From the NCBI GenBank assembly GCA_031835245.2, contig JAVKOQ020000075.1, positions 1 through 64,000 of the forward strand: 64,000 nucleotides of DNA, in the 5' to 3' direction. The stretch comes from Balamuthia mandrillaris. Lineage: Eukaryota. Each line of letters begins with the position of its first letter. The first letter of the stretch is position 1. Shown one piece after another: positions 25,216-37,858 of this stretch. The notes under the pieces are model-generated. The model was not told the origin of the DNA. It saw only the letters and a program-made list of their open reading frames with translations, and did not search any database. A program made the translations under genes and the position numbers.

Positions 25216-25939
25216 ATCCAATATTCTCTCTCTCTGTCTTTTCTTTTCTTTTCTTTGTAGACCATTTCCCGCCCTTTCCTTCCTGTTGCCTGAAAAGCGT
25301 TACGGGGGTGCTGCATTGAGGGGTCAAACTGCCCCCCATGGGCTTATGTGTCACTACTGGATTGGTCGAATGAACTCCGCAGTATTTTCTTGCCCCCTTC
25401 ATACATTTTTTGTAGGGGGCGAAAGAAAAATGCAATCAAAAAAAAAAGTTGGCAAACAAAATCAATCAAAAAAAAAAAAGTAGCACAATTTTTTTTTTGT
25501 TTGTCGTGTGGAGAGAAAAAAAAAAGGTGTGGGAGGAAAAAGGAAGGAAAGACGGCAAACCGAAAGAAAGAAAGGAAGTAGTAGTGTCTGCCACGACCAG
25601 AAGAGGCTTGTGGTGATTTGAGCGAACAAAAAATAGGGGGAGTGGTTGATCGCTATTTTCTTTTTTATTTTGGCGGAGAAAGAGGTATCGAAAAGTTTTT
25701 TTTTTGATTTGTTTGTTCTTTTCCTTCTGTTGCGGAATCTCTTGGGCCTTCTCTAGTTTCCCCCCTCCTTGTTGGTTTTTTTTTTATTTTCTCTCTTTCT
25801 GTTGTGCACTCCCTATTGCCGCTCTCTATTAATCTTGGCACTCCAATCATACACTCACGCCCCTTCTTCTCTTGATTGATCCCCTCCCACCAGACAAAAC
25901 AATTACGGAAGCACAAACCATAACTACAGCAACACATCA

Positions 25940-27200
25940 ATGACGGACGACTTGGATGTAGATAGCATTATTGAGAGGTTGTTGGAGGTGAGGGGAAGTC
26001 GCCCAGGAAGGCAGGTGCAACTCACGACACAGGAAATCCGAAGCCTTTGCATGAAGGCGCGGGAGATTTTTATCAGTCAACCTATTCTGTTGGAGTTGGA
26101 AGCTCCCATCAAAATTTGTGGTACGTACGCGCCACCTCCATTTTCCCTTCATCGTCACTTTTTTTTCTCCCTGCCTCTTTCTACTCTTTTCCCCCCTCGC
26201 TGCCAATATTTCTAGGCAGTGCACTTCTTTTTTTTTATTTCCTTTCCGTCTGATTGATTGAAATTATTTTTGCAGGGGATGTCCACGGACAGTACTATGA
26301 CTTGCTGAGGCTGTTCGAGTACGGCGGCTTTCCACCCGATGCCAACTACCTCTTTTTGGGCGACTACGTCGATCGTGGAAAGCAAAGCCTCGAAACTATC
26401 TGTCTTCTTCTTGCCTACAAAATCAAATACCCCGAAAACTTCTTCATCTTGAGAGGAAACCATGAGTGCGCTTCCATCAACCGAATCTATGGCTTCTACG
26501 ATGAATGTGAGCATCTCTTTCCCTAGTCTCTTTCTCTCTTCTCAGCATTCTTATTTTTTGTGCGATCGGCAGGTAAACGAAGATACAACGTAAAGCTTTG
26601 GAAGACCTTCACGGAATGCTTCAATTGTCTCCCTATTGCTGCCATCATTGATGAGAAAATATTTTGCATGCACGGTGGCTTGTCACCGGATTTGATAACC
26701 ATGGAACAAATTCGTAGGATCGTACGACCAACGGATGTTCCTGATCAAGGTCTCTCTCCTCTTCTTTCTTTTCCTTTGTGTGTTACTCACTAAGCACAAA
26801 AAAAAAACTAACAGGGTTGCTGTGCGATTTGTTGTGGAGCGATCCCGACAAGCAAATCCAAGGCTATGGAGAGAATGACCGCGGAGTGTCTTATACGTTT
26901 GGTGCCGACGTTGTAACCAACTTCTTGAAGAGGCACGACTTGGACTTAATCTGTAGGGCACATCAGGTGGTGGAAGACGGTTACGAGTTCTTTGCGAAGC
27001 GTCAGCTGGTCACCCTTTTCTCTGCCCCTAACTACTGTGGAGAGTTCGATAACGCCGGAGCGATGATGAGCGTGGATGAAACTCTGATGTGTTCATTCCA
27101 GGTTTGTACTTCTGTCCACTCACACATGTTGATTTTTTCCACTCACCCAACTTTTTTCTGTTATACGCAGATTCTAAAGCCTGCAGACAACAAGAAGTAA
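25940..27200 (+). CDS. PP1: Serine/threonine protein phosphatase PP1 catalytic subunit
   Basis: [54 protein letters not shown]. Confidence 0.98.
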
Positions 27201-27620
27201 GCTTCTCTCCCTCCTCGCTCTTCTCTTCCTCCTCGTACTGATAACACCTTCCTCTCTTCTGCAGCTAAAATAAAACACAAAGGAAACGAAACGGAATAAC
27301 GTGAAAGGAAGGGGTTCATTATTGCCTCATCCTTGGGGAGAGATCCAAGAAAGCTGTTTTAAACATGGGGGGTAGCAGTAGTGACGGGTGTTGTGCGGAG
27401 GAGTGGTACGGTGGGGCCACACTTTATTTTTGTAGGAGCTTTGGTTGATGTGTATTGTGCTTTTTCTTCTTTCCGAATGATTTCCTCTTTCTCGCAAAAA
27501 AAATTGAAAACTTAAAAAAAAACGTGTAAAGGGAAAACTCTGTGGAAACGCAGCAAGTGCACCAGCGCAGTTCCTTTTTCTTCGTTCTTTCTCTCTCAGC
27601 GGGCAAGACTTGGTTGTTCT

Positions 27621-28361
27621 CTACTTGATGGCAGGGGGTTGAGCAGTCGCAGAAGGAGAAGAGGAGGGTGTCGATGGAGTGGTGTGGGAAGTGGAAGTGG
27701 AAGGTGTAGTTACAGGGCGAGGAGCGGAAGAGGGAGGAGCCGGCCGTAAGCTGGCCGACGTGGTGAAACTGCTGGAGGAAGAGGAGGGTAACGCGTGTTT
27801 GTCATGCGGAGTGGTTTTGCTTTTGAGGCGGGACCAAAGCGCCATTGTGCGAGCGCCAACCCCAGAGGAGTGTATTCTGCCGAGGAAGTATCCAAAACCG
27901 AAAGTTACTCCAGTCCACACCAACGTCTAGCATCAGCAAGTCAAGCAAACATACCAGCAAAAAACGATGGAGGAACATCAAAAAAAATGAGACGAAGAAA
28001 GAAAAAAAGGATACACTGCCCATTTGATAAAGTTTGGAGGGAGGAAGCTTTGGCGGCAAAGGTTCTTGAATGTTGTTCTTCTTTAGCTTTTCGTTTAGCT
28101 CGTGCAAGTGCCGTTCCAGCACGGCTTGGTGTCTCACACGGGCGGCATAGCTGAACCAAGCTTACGTGATAACAGTGATACAAACCATCAAAACAAGAAC
28201 CTGCAAGGAGGGCATGGGGAAAAAACAAAGGTACCTGCCAAGCATGACAGAACGGTTCCGCTAACGGTAAAAAAGGTTTTGTGGCGTGTGAATGTATCGA
28301 CCAGAGAGTCCTTCACCAAGGACGCTTTTCTCCAATGTTCTCGCAACCTACCGGCACTCAT
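27621..28361 (-). CDS. Small two-TM protein with Ser/Pro/Thr-rich tail, unknown function; 3 exons, second intron U12-type
   Basis: Spliced MSAGRLREHW..TVLSCLA|AWFSYAARVRHQAVLE..YQMGS|TLVWTGVTFGFGYFLGR.. Confidence 0.65.
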
Positions 28362-28850
28362 CTTCCTTCTTCACAAGGAAAAAAAAAAAAAAACAAGCCA
28401 GGTCTGATGGCGGCGGGGATCAACGAAGAAGAACCACCACCACCGGGCAAACCGGCCACTGTAAACTTTCTTCCTCGAAATTTCGGGCAAAGCAATATGA
28501 GGAGCCATTCCACATATTCGAAGAAATCATCGGATCGATCTAGCAAGAGGGGTCTTGATCCCAGCCGGGAAATTCTGGAGTATCTGTCGACAACCTACCA
28601 AATATTTTTGAAAGAAAATCGAAACAATTTCCGAAAAGAACGAGAAAACAAAAGAAAGGGGAGCAGTCGGCCTGCCCCTTTCTTTACCCTCTCCCTTGAT
28701 TCGAGAGCCTTGTGCTTTGTATTATTGTTTGTGGTTGTTTTAAAACAAGCAAACAAAAAAAAAGTAGAAGGGTTTGGCCTTTGTACTTGTCTTTGATGCA
28801 TCAACTGTAAAGAGAGAGAGAAAAAAAAAACAGCAGGGGTGAACAAGAGC

Positions 28851-31800
28851 ATGTTATCTGTATTTGGGGCTTCTGGCCCAAAAGGGGAGCAGGATGAGGA
28901 GGAAGGAGTAGTCGACGTGGAAAGACTGAGTGCGGAGGACGACCTGTTGTTGGACGATGACGACGAATATGATGACGAGGAAGACGAGGAAGACGAGGAT
29001 GAAGACGATGACGTCAATTACTTGCAGTTATTTGAAGAAGTCATAGAGAAGCTTCGTTCGTAGCCCCTTTCAAATTCTCTCCGCCTTTCTCCTTTGTCTT
29101 TTATTTATCTCATATTTTTTTTTGTTTTTGCTCGGATCCAGGAAATAGCAATCCTCACGTTATAAGACCAATGACGCAAAAACCAGAAGGAGAACAAGCG
29201 GCCGAAGAAGGAGAAGGAGGGGACAAAGAAGACCAGGGCTCCGGTGACAACACAAACGACTGCAAAGAGCTGGGCTATTTCGCTAGCCATAACAATAGGA
29301 GAAAAAAAGAAGGAGAGGACAAGAACGCCGAGCCCTCTTTTGACTCGCTCTTCATCTTGAACGACCTGGAGATGTTGTACAAGTACTTTCAGGAAAGGGA
29401 ACGCGACTTTGAGACGGCTATAAAGATAGGCAAAATGCTAGTGGAAAAGAACCAAGCATTGATAGAGGAGAAGGACTCCATGCTCAATGACAACCTGGTG
29501 CTAAAGCAATGGGAGCAACGGGTCAAGTTCCAACAGCAAACTATCGACGAGTTGACTCAGCTCAAACAGCAGTACCAGAACCGGATCGAGGAGCTTGAAA
29601 TAGAACTGGATGTGAACCAGCGGCTGCTGCAGTCCAAAGTCAACCTGACAGAACAGCTGGAAGTGAAGCTATGGGACTATATAGAAGAGTTGGAGGGAGA
29701 CAAGCAGGAAATAGAGGTAGAGAGCAAAACGATGGCCAAGCACAAGGAAAAGGTGCAGAGGCTGACGAGGGAGATGGAACATCTTGAATCAGAGATAGTG
29801 CGGTACAAATCCCTTCTGAGCGAGCTGAAGGATAAGAACAGACGATTGAAGAAGGAGGTGACCGTTCTTCAGAAGTTGTTGAAGGAACAAGAACTACAAC
29901 AACAAAAGAAGAAACAAGCAGCGGATGGGACGAGCATCATCAATAACATGCTGATGGACTCGGAGAGCGAAAATGAAATCGAGGAGAAGCAATCTCCCAA
30001 AGCGGCTACAGAGGAGAAAGGACGAACTGGTGCCACGGAGGACTTGAAGCAACGACAGGTGGAGATAATTAAAGAAATCGATGCCAAAGACATGAAGCTG
30101 CGAGAGATGAAGGACAGGTTACAAGAGATGATGCGACAAAACGACAGTTTGACCAAAGAGGTCGTGTTTTATAGCGAAGAAAATGAAAGGATGAAGGAGA
30201 TGATGAATCAATCGCTCCAATCAGAGAAGAGATGGAAAGAACAAAACAAAGAAAATCAGCTGTTACTGCAAGAAGCCAAGGAAAACATTTCCAAGCTTCA
30301 ACGAACCATTGATGAAGCTCAGTTTCTCAGCCCCACACCCCTTCACACCCAACTTCTTTCTCCTCTTTCCGGCTCACGAAGCTCTATCTCTCCATCTCTT
30401 CTTTCGCCAGTTCTCTCTCCGCGCTCTTCTTCTCCCTCTCACCGTTCTTTGTCTATAGCCATGTCTGGTCCCAACTTTGTATCAGAGGAGGTGAAACTTC
30501 ATCCTACTTCCACTGGCAGCGACATTGAAGACATGCCGCAAGAAGAGGATTACATCAACGAGGATGACTCTGCGTCTTCTTTAAGCGCCAGTTGGGAGGG
30601 CTTACCCATGTCTCCGCAACAACAACGCCATGTGCAACGAGCCATCCAAGCTAATGGCACCCCTCGTGGAGGACCAGCGAGCAAGAACGTGTCGAAGCTA
30701 TTTGTATTTGCGGAGGAGTTAGAGAAGAAGGTCATAGAGACATTGGCAGAGGAGGAACTCAAAAGAGGACTTCATAATCAGATCGAACGCTGCGTTTCCG
30801 ACTTTCTCTACAAGCGCGAACAGGAATTGCAAAAAGAGAGAAGCCAACATTTCCAAGCCATTGAAAACGGACAAATGGTTGCAGCAGCGGCGCAGGGTGA
30901 ATTCGAAGATGAGCCTCAATCTAGCATCCAAAAGACCTCGGGGAATGACAAACGAAAGAGCTCCTCCTTAAGTACCCTGTTGTTGTTCGGCCTATTTGTG
31001 ATGGGAGGCAAGAACAACAGTAGGAGCGAGGCTTCAATTTCATCATCAGCAACAGACAAGAGCGGAGAGTGGCAAATGGTTTCGAAGAAGAACCAATCCA
31101 CTGACACTATGTCTTTTGCTCGGAAAGATGACTCATCCGATGCCATTCAGTTCCCTTTCGATGACTACAACAGCAACAGCTCCAACAACGCTTTCTCAGC
31201 TATTACTGATGGCAATCATCCAACAAACGACGAAAATGGAGTTGACCTGTCCACCGTTCAACTTTGGGTGAAACACATGAGTGGTGGCGCTTCTTCTCTC
31301 TCTAACAAAAACGAACGAAGAGACTCTTTGGCTGGAGGAGCGAAGAACGACCTCGCGTCAGACTCTTCGCCAACATTAGCTCGTGCACGTTCCATCTCTT
31401 CTTCTTCCAACCACAACAACGCGGAGGATGACGAACGTGGCAACAATAAGACGAGCAACCAAAACGGCGGAAGGAGAAGGAGAACCAAGACTAGATCATT
31501 CAGTAAACAAACGTTGAAGAGCATGGAATCAGAGGTGCTGGGCATCATGGATGAGGAACGAAAGAGAGCACACGATGAGGTAGAGAAGCTCAAGTTGGAA
31601 TTAGAGAACGCGAAATTGATCGCAAAGGAAAATGAACGGCTGAAAGGACTTTATGATGCTGCTCTCAAGTCGCTCCAGGAAAGCGAAAAGTTCAAACAAG
31701 AGTTGGAACAAACGCTGATGTCGGAGTTGGAAGAAAGTGAGATGAAGATGAAAGGTCTACATGAGCGGCTGGAAGAAAAAGAAAAGATCATCGAAGAGCT

Positions 31801-32131
31801 GAAGCAACTCATCAAAGCTATCCAAGTGGAACAAGAAGCACGGATACAAAACGAAGAAGTGAAGGAGGAGAAACACGATAAGAAGGAAAAGGAAAAGGAA
31901 AAGGAAAAGGAAGAAGAAATAGGCATGCAAGACAAGAGAAAGGAGGACTACGACGATGAAGTAGAACATTGGAGGAAGCGTGTATGTATGGTGTCGGTTG
32001 GGACACAGACCGAAGAAGAAGAGAAAGAGAACGAGGCTAAGAAAGAAAGAGAAAGAGAAAAAGACAAAGAGAGAGTGGATTGGCTGCCTCACATGAGCTT
32101 TGATACGCTGATGTGGGTGCTAAATGGATAG
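28851..32131 (+). CDS. Large coiled-coil protein with HAP1/TRAK/BICDR-like CC1 box (candidate dynein adaptor)
   Basis: Acidic exon 1 spliced to a 986-aa ORF; ERERDFETAIKIGKMLVEKNQAL resembles ERDLELAARIGQSLL; long heptad regions. Confidence 0.7.
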
Positions 32132-32206
32132 TGATATATTGTGTTGTCTACAAATGGTGTACATAACTACAAGTTTGAACAAAGCTCCTCCTCCTATCTC
32201 CTTTTG

Positions 32207-34209
32207 CTAGACACTTTCTTCTTTATTCGCCTCTTGTTCTTTGTACATTGTTGTCTTTGGTGCTGAAGAGGAACGTTGAAACTCAGCAGGGTGCATTGTC
32301 CATCGCCGCATAGTTGCACGCCGCAAGCTGCGTGCGGTAAATCTCCTTTTCGTACGTTCAGCCTGTTTCTCCCCGTTCCTCTCTTCTGCCTCCTCCAACT
32401 GGCACCTGCTGTGCTGCCGATGATCCCAGGTGGAGGCATTGTGCTGCCGATAGCGGTGCTCTCTTGCTCTTCTTCTATCGGTTGTTGCTTCTCGTTGTTG
32501 TTGTTGTCTTCTAGCTGGGTATTGACTTGGCTTTTGGTTGGACAAGTCGTTGACCTGGTGAGTGGCAGAGAGGATGAGCTTTTGCGCTTTGACGAGCTGA
32601 TCTGCGATGCTCTCTAGAGCATCTCCCTCTTCTTCATCGTCTAATTGATCGAGAGGAGGCTCTGCAGCAAAGATAAGAGGAACGACTTGATGGAAAGCCG
32701 ATGACCTTCTTTTGTGTTGCCTTCTATCCCACTTTATCTGTTTCTTTTTCTGATAAATTGCTAACTGTTTCTCCAGCTCAGCAATTCTCTGCTCCAATGT
32801 TCGCTTAGACTGCTCATGAGCCCTTTTTTCTTCTAAATACAGGAGCTCGTTGTTTGTTGCAACTTTATCGTTATCCTCCAATATTGTAGGATCTTTCTTC
32901 TTTAGCTTGTTGTTGATGGCATTATTCCACGTAACCACTGTTTGATGCCCATCAACTCGGCTTCCGTTTTACGTCGAGCGTAGGTAGCTTCTCGTAGATC
33001 TTTTTCCGCTTCACGTCTAAGTTTCTGTTCCTTGTGGTACTTGCTCTTCAGGTGGAGATACCTTTGCTTTCTCTTTCTGCTTAACATCACGTACTCTGCG
33101 CGCTCTCCCTCCGTAAAACAGCAACCGACGGAAATACACTGTTGTTGTTTAGATGCTTCCAGCTCGCTCAGGACTTGGCTTAAAGCCATTAGTTGTAGCT
33201 CTAGTTGTTGTTGCTCTTCCACTATCTCCTCTATCACTCGCTTAAAGCTATCTACAAATGCTACATTGCTTCGGTCGTCGATTCGCTGTTTCTCTGTTTC
33301 TTTCAGCCATGTTCTCCTCTCATCTTGTTCTTCATCACGTTTCATATGTTCTTGTTGCTTTTGTTTGTTCTTCTTCCGTTGTCGAGCAAACATCCACGCC
33401 ACGTCTTCAGCAATCGTTTCGCCTGGCGCTGAGGAAGATCTCACGATAACCGTTTCTTTGTTTTGGTCCAAAAGCTTTTTGTTCTTTTTGGGTCGTTTCG
33501 TACGAGCAGCTATTCTATCCACAAAAGAAGTAGGAGAAGATGACGAAGGAGATAAAGCAGCAGGCGTGCTGTGCTGACCCAACTTGGCAAACAGGTCTTC
33601 AGTAACCATTTCGCGTAACTGTTGCACCTCGTCCTTTTTTGCTGCAAAAGTAGTCGATGGTTTCGGTCCCACTGCTCCCATTCCCTCTATCTCTCTTTGT
33701 TTAACGTTGCTACGGTCATACCTCTCCTCCTTATCTATCTTCACCAGATCAGTTTCTATACTCTCATCCTCTTCACCAGCGTTGTTGTTGAAGTTGTTAC
33801 CATCGCTCAGCTGAAGAAGAGTGGAAGGGGAAGGGGGAAGAGGATGCCGTCGTCTTCGATGAAAGGTGGCTTCGTGCAAGCAATTCCCACAGAAGTGCTT
33901 TTGCCAATAGTTCGACACAAAGTTGTGGCAATGACAACCTTGCTTCCAACAGGAGGCACCAGGAGAGGGCGGCGCTTTCAAAGTGCTCAAACTTGGGTCG
34001 GACATGAACATGCGTTGAGGAGAGTGTATGTTGCGGAAGGCGCTTCTGTTCCACGTAGCCGCTCTAGCCTCGGCCATGCTTGAAGAAGCGTCTTCGGGCG
34101 GCACGGTTGTCGCCAGAGAGGGCATTACACCCGTATTTTCTTTGTCTGTTGTTCCCAGGCCTTTGCTGTCGTTCTCATCCCCTGGGGCATGGCCTTGCTG
34201 TTCCGACAT
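32207..34209 (-). CDS. Coiled-coil protein with N-terminal Cys/His module; apparent frameshift near 32940
   Basis: Two overlapping ORFs (34209-32902, 32938-32207), both coiled-coil; motif CHCHNFVSNYWQKHFCGNCLHEATFH. Confidence 0.6.
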
Positions 34210-34703
34210 GATAGGTGGTGATACATGAACAACTCCTCCAACGAACAGAAGAAGAGGAGGGCGAGTTTCTGCAGGAGTAACGCCTTCTTTCCCGGTTTCT
34301 GTTTTTGTTTTTAATTTTCTCCTAGTCCGCTTTGTTTGTTTGTTTGTGGGATGAACAATAAACTAAGATGGGGAGACTGCTCTATTCATGCGGCGGCCCA
34401 TGCATCATCCCCTTTCCACCAAGCATGAGCATTGCGCAGAAGGCTCATGGCGCAGCAACCACGTTCACGCGCCCACTTGAACACTTTCGCTTGGTAGAGC
34501 ACAAAGCAGGGTACTTGTGTGTTCTCTTTTATTCTCGTGCAGGACCCAACAAAGGGCAGAGATCCGGGTCCAGGACAAGCGAAGAGGCTGGCAAGTTACC
34601 AACAAATAGCTTGTTGTTTTCAATCAAATGAACATCATCATGCTCCTATTTTCCCTCTCCCTCTTCTTGTCCTTGTTTTTGTTTTTTTGCCTGGGTGGGG
34701 TGT

Positions 34704-36583
34704 TCACTCTTTTCCCTCCAAACGAGATATCAGTTCACTGTTGGTTCCACTCCTGGCCAGTCCCTTTTTCGCACACAATTCTTGAAGCTCAGACTGGTTC
34801 ATGCTGGCATAGTGCAGTGTGGGAAGCTCCAAAGCAAACTGATGAAGCCGCTCTTCAATGAAATCGTTGTCCTTACCGCCGCCGCCACCGCCACCACCCC
34901 TCTATGAAAACGCGGAAAACAACGATGCGTTAGCGCAACCGTCTGGCATTGCCTCCACAAGACAACGAGGGTCAGTTACCTTCTGCTGAGAGGGTTGGGT
35001 GTTCTTTGGTGAGGGGTTTGTGAATTGTTGTTTGGGAAAGTCCTGGCCCTCGCCATCTCGCAACACCCAATACAACTTCAACGGCTTGTTTTTGCCCACT
35101 CCGAGCTTGGTCAAAAGCTCCTTGCAGGGCTGTGGCTTGATGCCATGGCGTTTGGTCACAGTGAAGTTGAACGCACCTTCCTTGGAAAGAGAATCAATGG
35201 CCGGAAAATTTGGTGCACACTTCAAGATTTCCTCATCGCCGACTTCCTCCCATTTTTTCATCTCGCTCAGCGAGCCCACGTAGGAGGTTTTCGATCGTGC
35301 AGGCATCCTCAGCCAAGCCGCCTTCCCACCTTCAGGATGCAAGGGATATATTCGGAAGCACCCTCCCGATGCAAGGCGTGAGGTGGCATAGCGCTCCAAA
35401 ATTTCCCCTGCCAAAGCCCCTTTCAACTCATGGATGGCTCGCCCGAGTTCTGACGGATTGTTCTCCAATTTCTGTTCGTAAATTGCTTCTCTCACGTAGT
35501 CCGACGCATACCGAATGCCCTTGGACTTGAAGGTTTCGGGGTCCACCTCGTACTGCAGTACTTGGTGTGAAAGCCGGTTTTGATAGTATCTTATCATCTC
35601 CAGGTCCTTTTGGACCAGGGAGAGGGCGCGCATATCCAGCTGTTGAATCTTGCCATCTAGTTCCTCTTTTGTGCTCTTGGCTTGTTCGCTCGTTTGATAG
35701 ACGTAACGAGGAATGCCGCCGAAAATCTTGAAGTGGTCATACGCCTCATCCATGGTAAGACCTGTCCCCAGTGAAACCACATCAGCACTCCACAATTGCC
35801 AAAGCAAAACAGCACCAAACCAAAACACGGTTTACCTGGGGCCACCGTTCGGGCTGCATGCGGCACATGCTTCTTCAACTCCTCCCAAGACCAGCAGGGA
35901 ATGTAGTATTTGTTTCTTGTACGTTTGAAGAACTGCTTATAGTGTTGTGGGTTGGGAGAAGCCGCAACGACCGTGAAAGGTAGCATTTCTGTTGGCTCTC
36001 TGGGAATGTCGCCGCATGGGTCAAACAGATACCATGCGTCTGTATCATTTTCCACTGTTTGAAAGATCTCCACGATCTGTTTCTTGTCCTCAAGGGAAGC
36101 CTCTTGAGCCTGACCCTCCTTGAACAGCCAAACTTTTTTTCGTGCAACCGACTCAACCAAAACGGTTTTGTTCTGCTGAAGCAACCTCCACAGAGTGTAA
36201 TTCAGGAACCAGCTCTTTCCTGCCAGGGGAGAAGGGAGAGGAGGGGAGGGGAGGGGAGGGGAGAGAAGTTAGAGGAGGAAGACAAGCAAACAAGTCGTCT
36301 GGGCCCTCACCGATTCCTGGATTACCGCTGAAGACTACACCGCCGCCGCCCCTCCTCTGTGTGGCCAGTCGCTGTGAAAGTTCGAATCAAAGTGTTCTAC
36401 TACTTCTTCCACCACACATCTCATGGAGGTAGTGGTGGACAAAAAAAAACACTTGTGGATTGTACCTGTTGAAAATGCAGCAGAGGAGGAGGCCTTCCAG
36501 AAAGGGCTGGCCAAGGGTCCTCCTCCTCGCAAAGGCCCAAAAAGCAGTGGGCACCTGCTGCCCCGCATGCTGTGTCTCCACAT
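34704..36583 (-). CDS. Crinkler/RHS-type P-loop NTPase + PD-(D/E)xK REase-fold protein with C-terminal SAP domain; frame break near 36340-36390
   Basis: Spliced Walker A VVFSGNPGIG|KSWFL, WYLFD, TVVAASPN, YIPCWSWEEL, FGGIPRYV, SHQVL, YASDYV, GEILERY, NFPAIDSL..FNFTVTKRHGI. Last exon 34704-34901 reads LHQFALEL then YASMNQSELQELCAKKGLARSGTNSELISRL. Confidence 0.82.
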
Positions 36584-37005
36584 TTTATGAGTGTGTGTGA
36601 GTGAGTGTGTGCGTGCGTGCGTGCGTGCCGTCCTCTTCTTTCCTTCCAGGTTCGTTGTCAGTCGTTGGGTTCGAACCGGCGCCACCGTGGTGAAGATCGA
36701 AATTCCACCGATTTGATGATCCGATTCTTGTGATCTACGAACAAAAAAAAACAACAAAAGCAAAAAATAAAAGAAAGAAAGGAGAAGGAAAGAAAGAGAG
36801 GCCTCTGCCAACAAACAGCCACGGTGACGCACAGAAAAAAAATAATAAGGTCGTGTGTGTTTGGTTTTGTGCGGAGACGGTGAAAGAGGAAGCAAAAAAA
36901 ATAGTAACTATTACTTCTTGTGAAGGTTATTTTTTTTTTTGACCTTGTTTTTCGAACTGTGTTTTTTTTTCTCTCCGTTTTGTTGAAGTTTAAAGATTTG
37001 GCGCG

Positions 37006-37826
37006 ATGGAAGTGATGCAACAAACACCAGAAAAAATGCCCATTGGTTCCATCAAAGAGGAACAAGAAACGGAGAAAAGCGCATCCTCCTCTTCGTCATC
37101 GAAGATGGTCGTGGAAGAAGATGCTTCCCATCAGAACGGGGAAGATGATCATAACCATCAACAACTGAATGGAGTTGCTGAGGAGGGCATGGAAGTCGAG
37201 GACTTGGAGGAGAAGAGGAAGAAGGACGTGCTGGCCAGCATGCAAAAAATAGAGAAAGAGTTTGAGGATGTCAAAGAGCAGCTCTTTGCCAACAAGATAG
37301 AAGCTTTGCAAAAGGAGTGCAAAGCCATCATGGAAGGTTCCTGCTTCTCTCTCGCTTCTTCCTCTTCTTTGTCGTTCCCTTCCTTTGTGTCTCTTCACTT
37401 CTTTAACCATCAAACAAACAAACAACAAATCAAAAATAATAGGAACACACAGTTTGTTTTTGGAGAAAGTAAAAGTACTGGAACAAGAAAAGGAGGAGAA
37501 GACATGGCTGGCCGAGAAGTGGAAGGAGTATCAGCTGGAAAACATAAAACATGTTTACGAAGCGCAAAAAAAGCAAGCCGACGATGAGTTTGAGGTAAAC
37601 ACAAAACAAAAAACCACCGTCTGATTTTTTTCTTCGCGTTCTTCTTCTAACGCATTTGTTATGTTTATGAACAGGAGGAGAAGTTGCGGCTTAGAGACCA
37701 AATGGCAAACCAGATATTGGATAAACAGAAAAAACTTGAAGAAGAGAAGAACATGCTGAGCTTACGTAGTTGTATCATACTTTTTTCGACTTTTTGTACT
37801 TTCAGGCTAACTCTTCTCTCTTCTCT

Positions 37827-37858
<32 letters not shown>

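Noticed and set aside
36660..36690. GGTTCGAACC B-box-like motif (another at ~51632-51642 on the minus strand) suggesting tRNA genes
   Set aside because: No cloverleaf, acceptor stem or A-box could be built around either.
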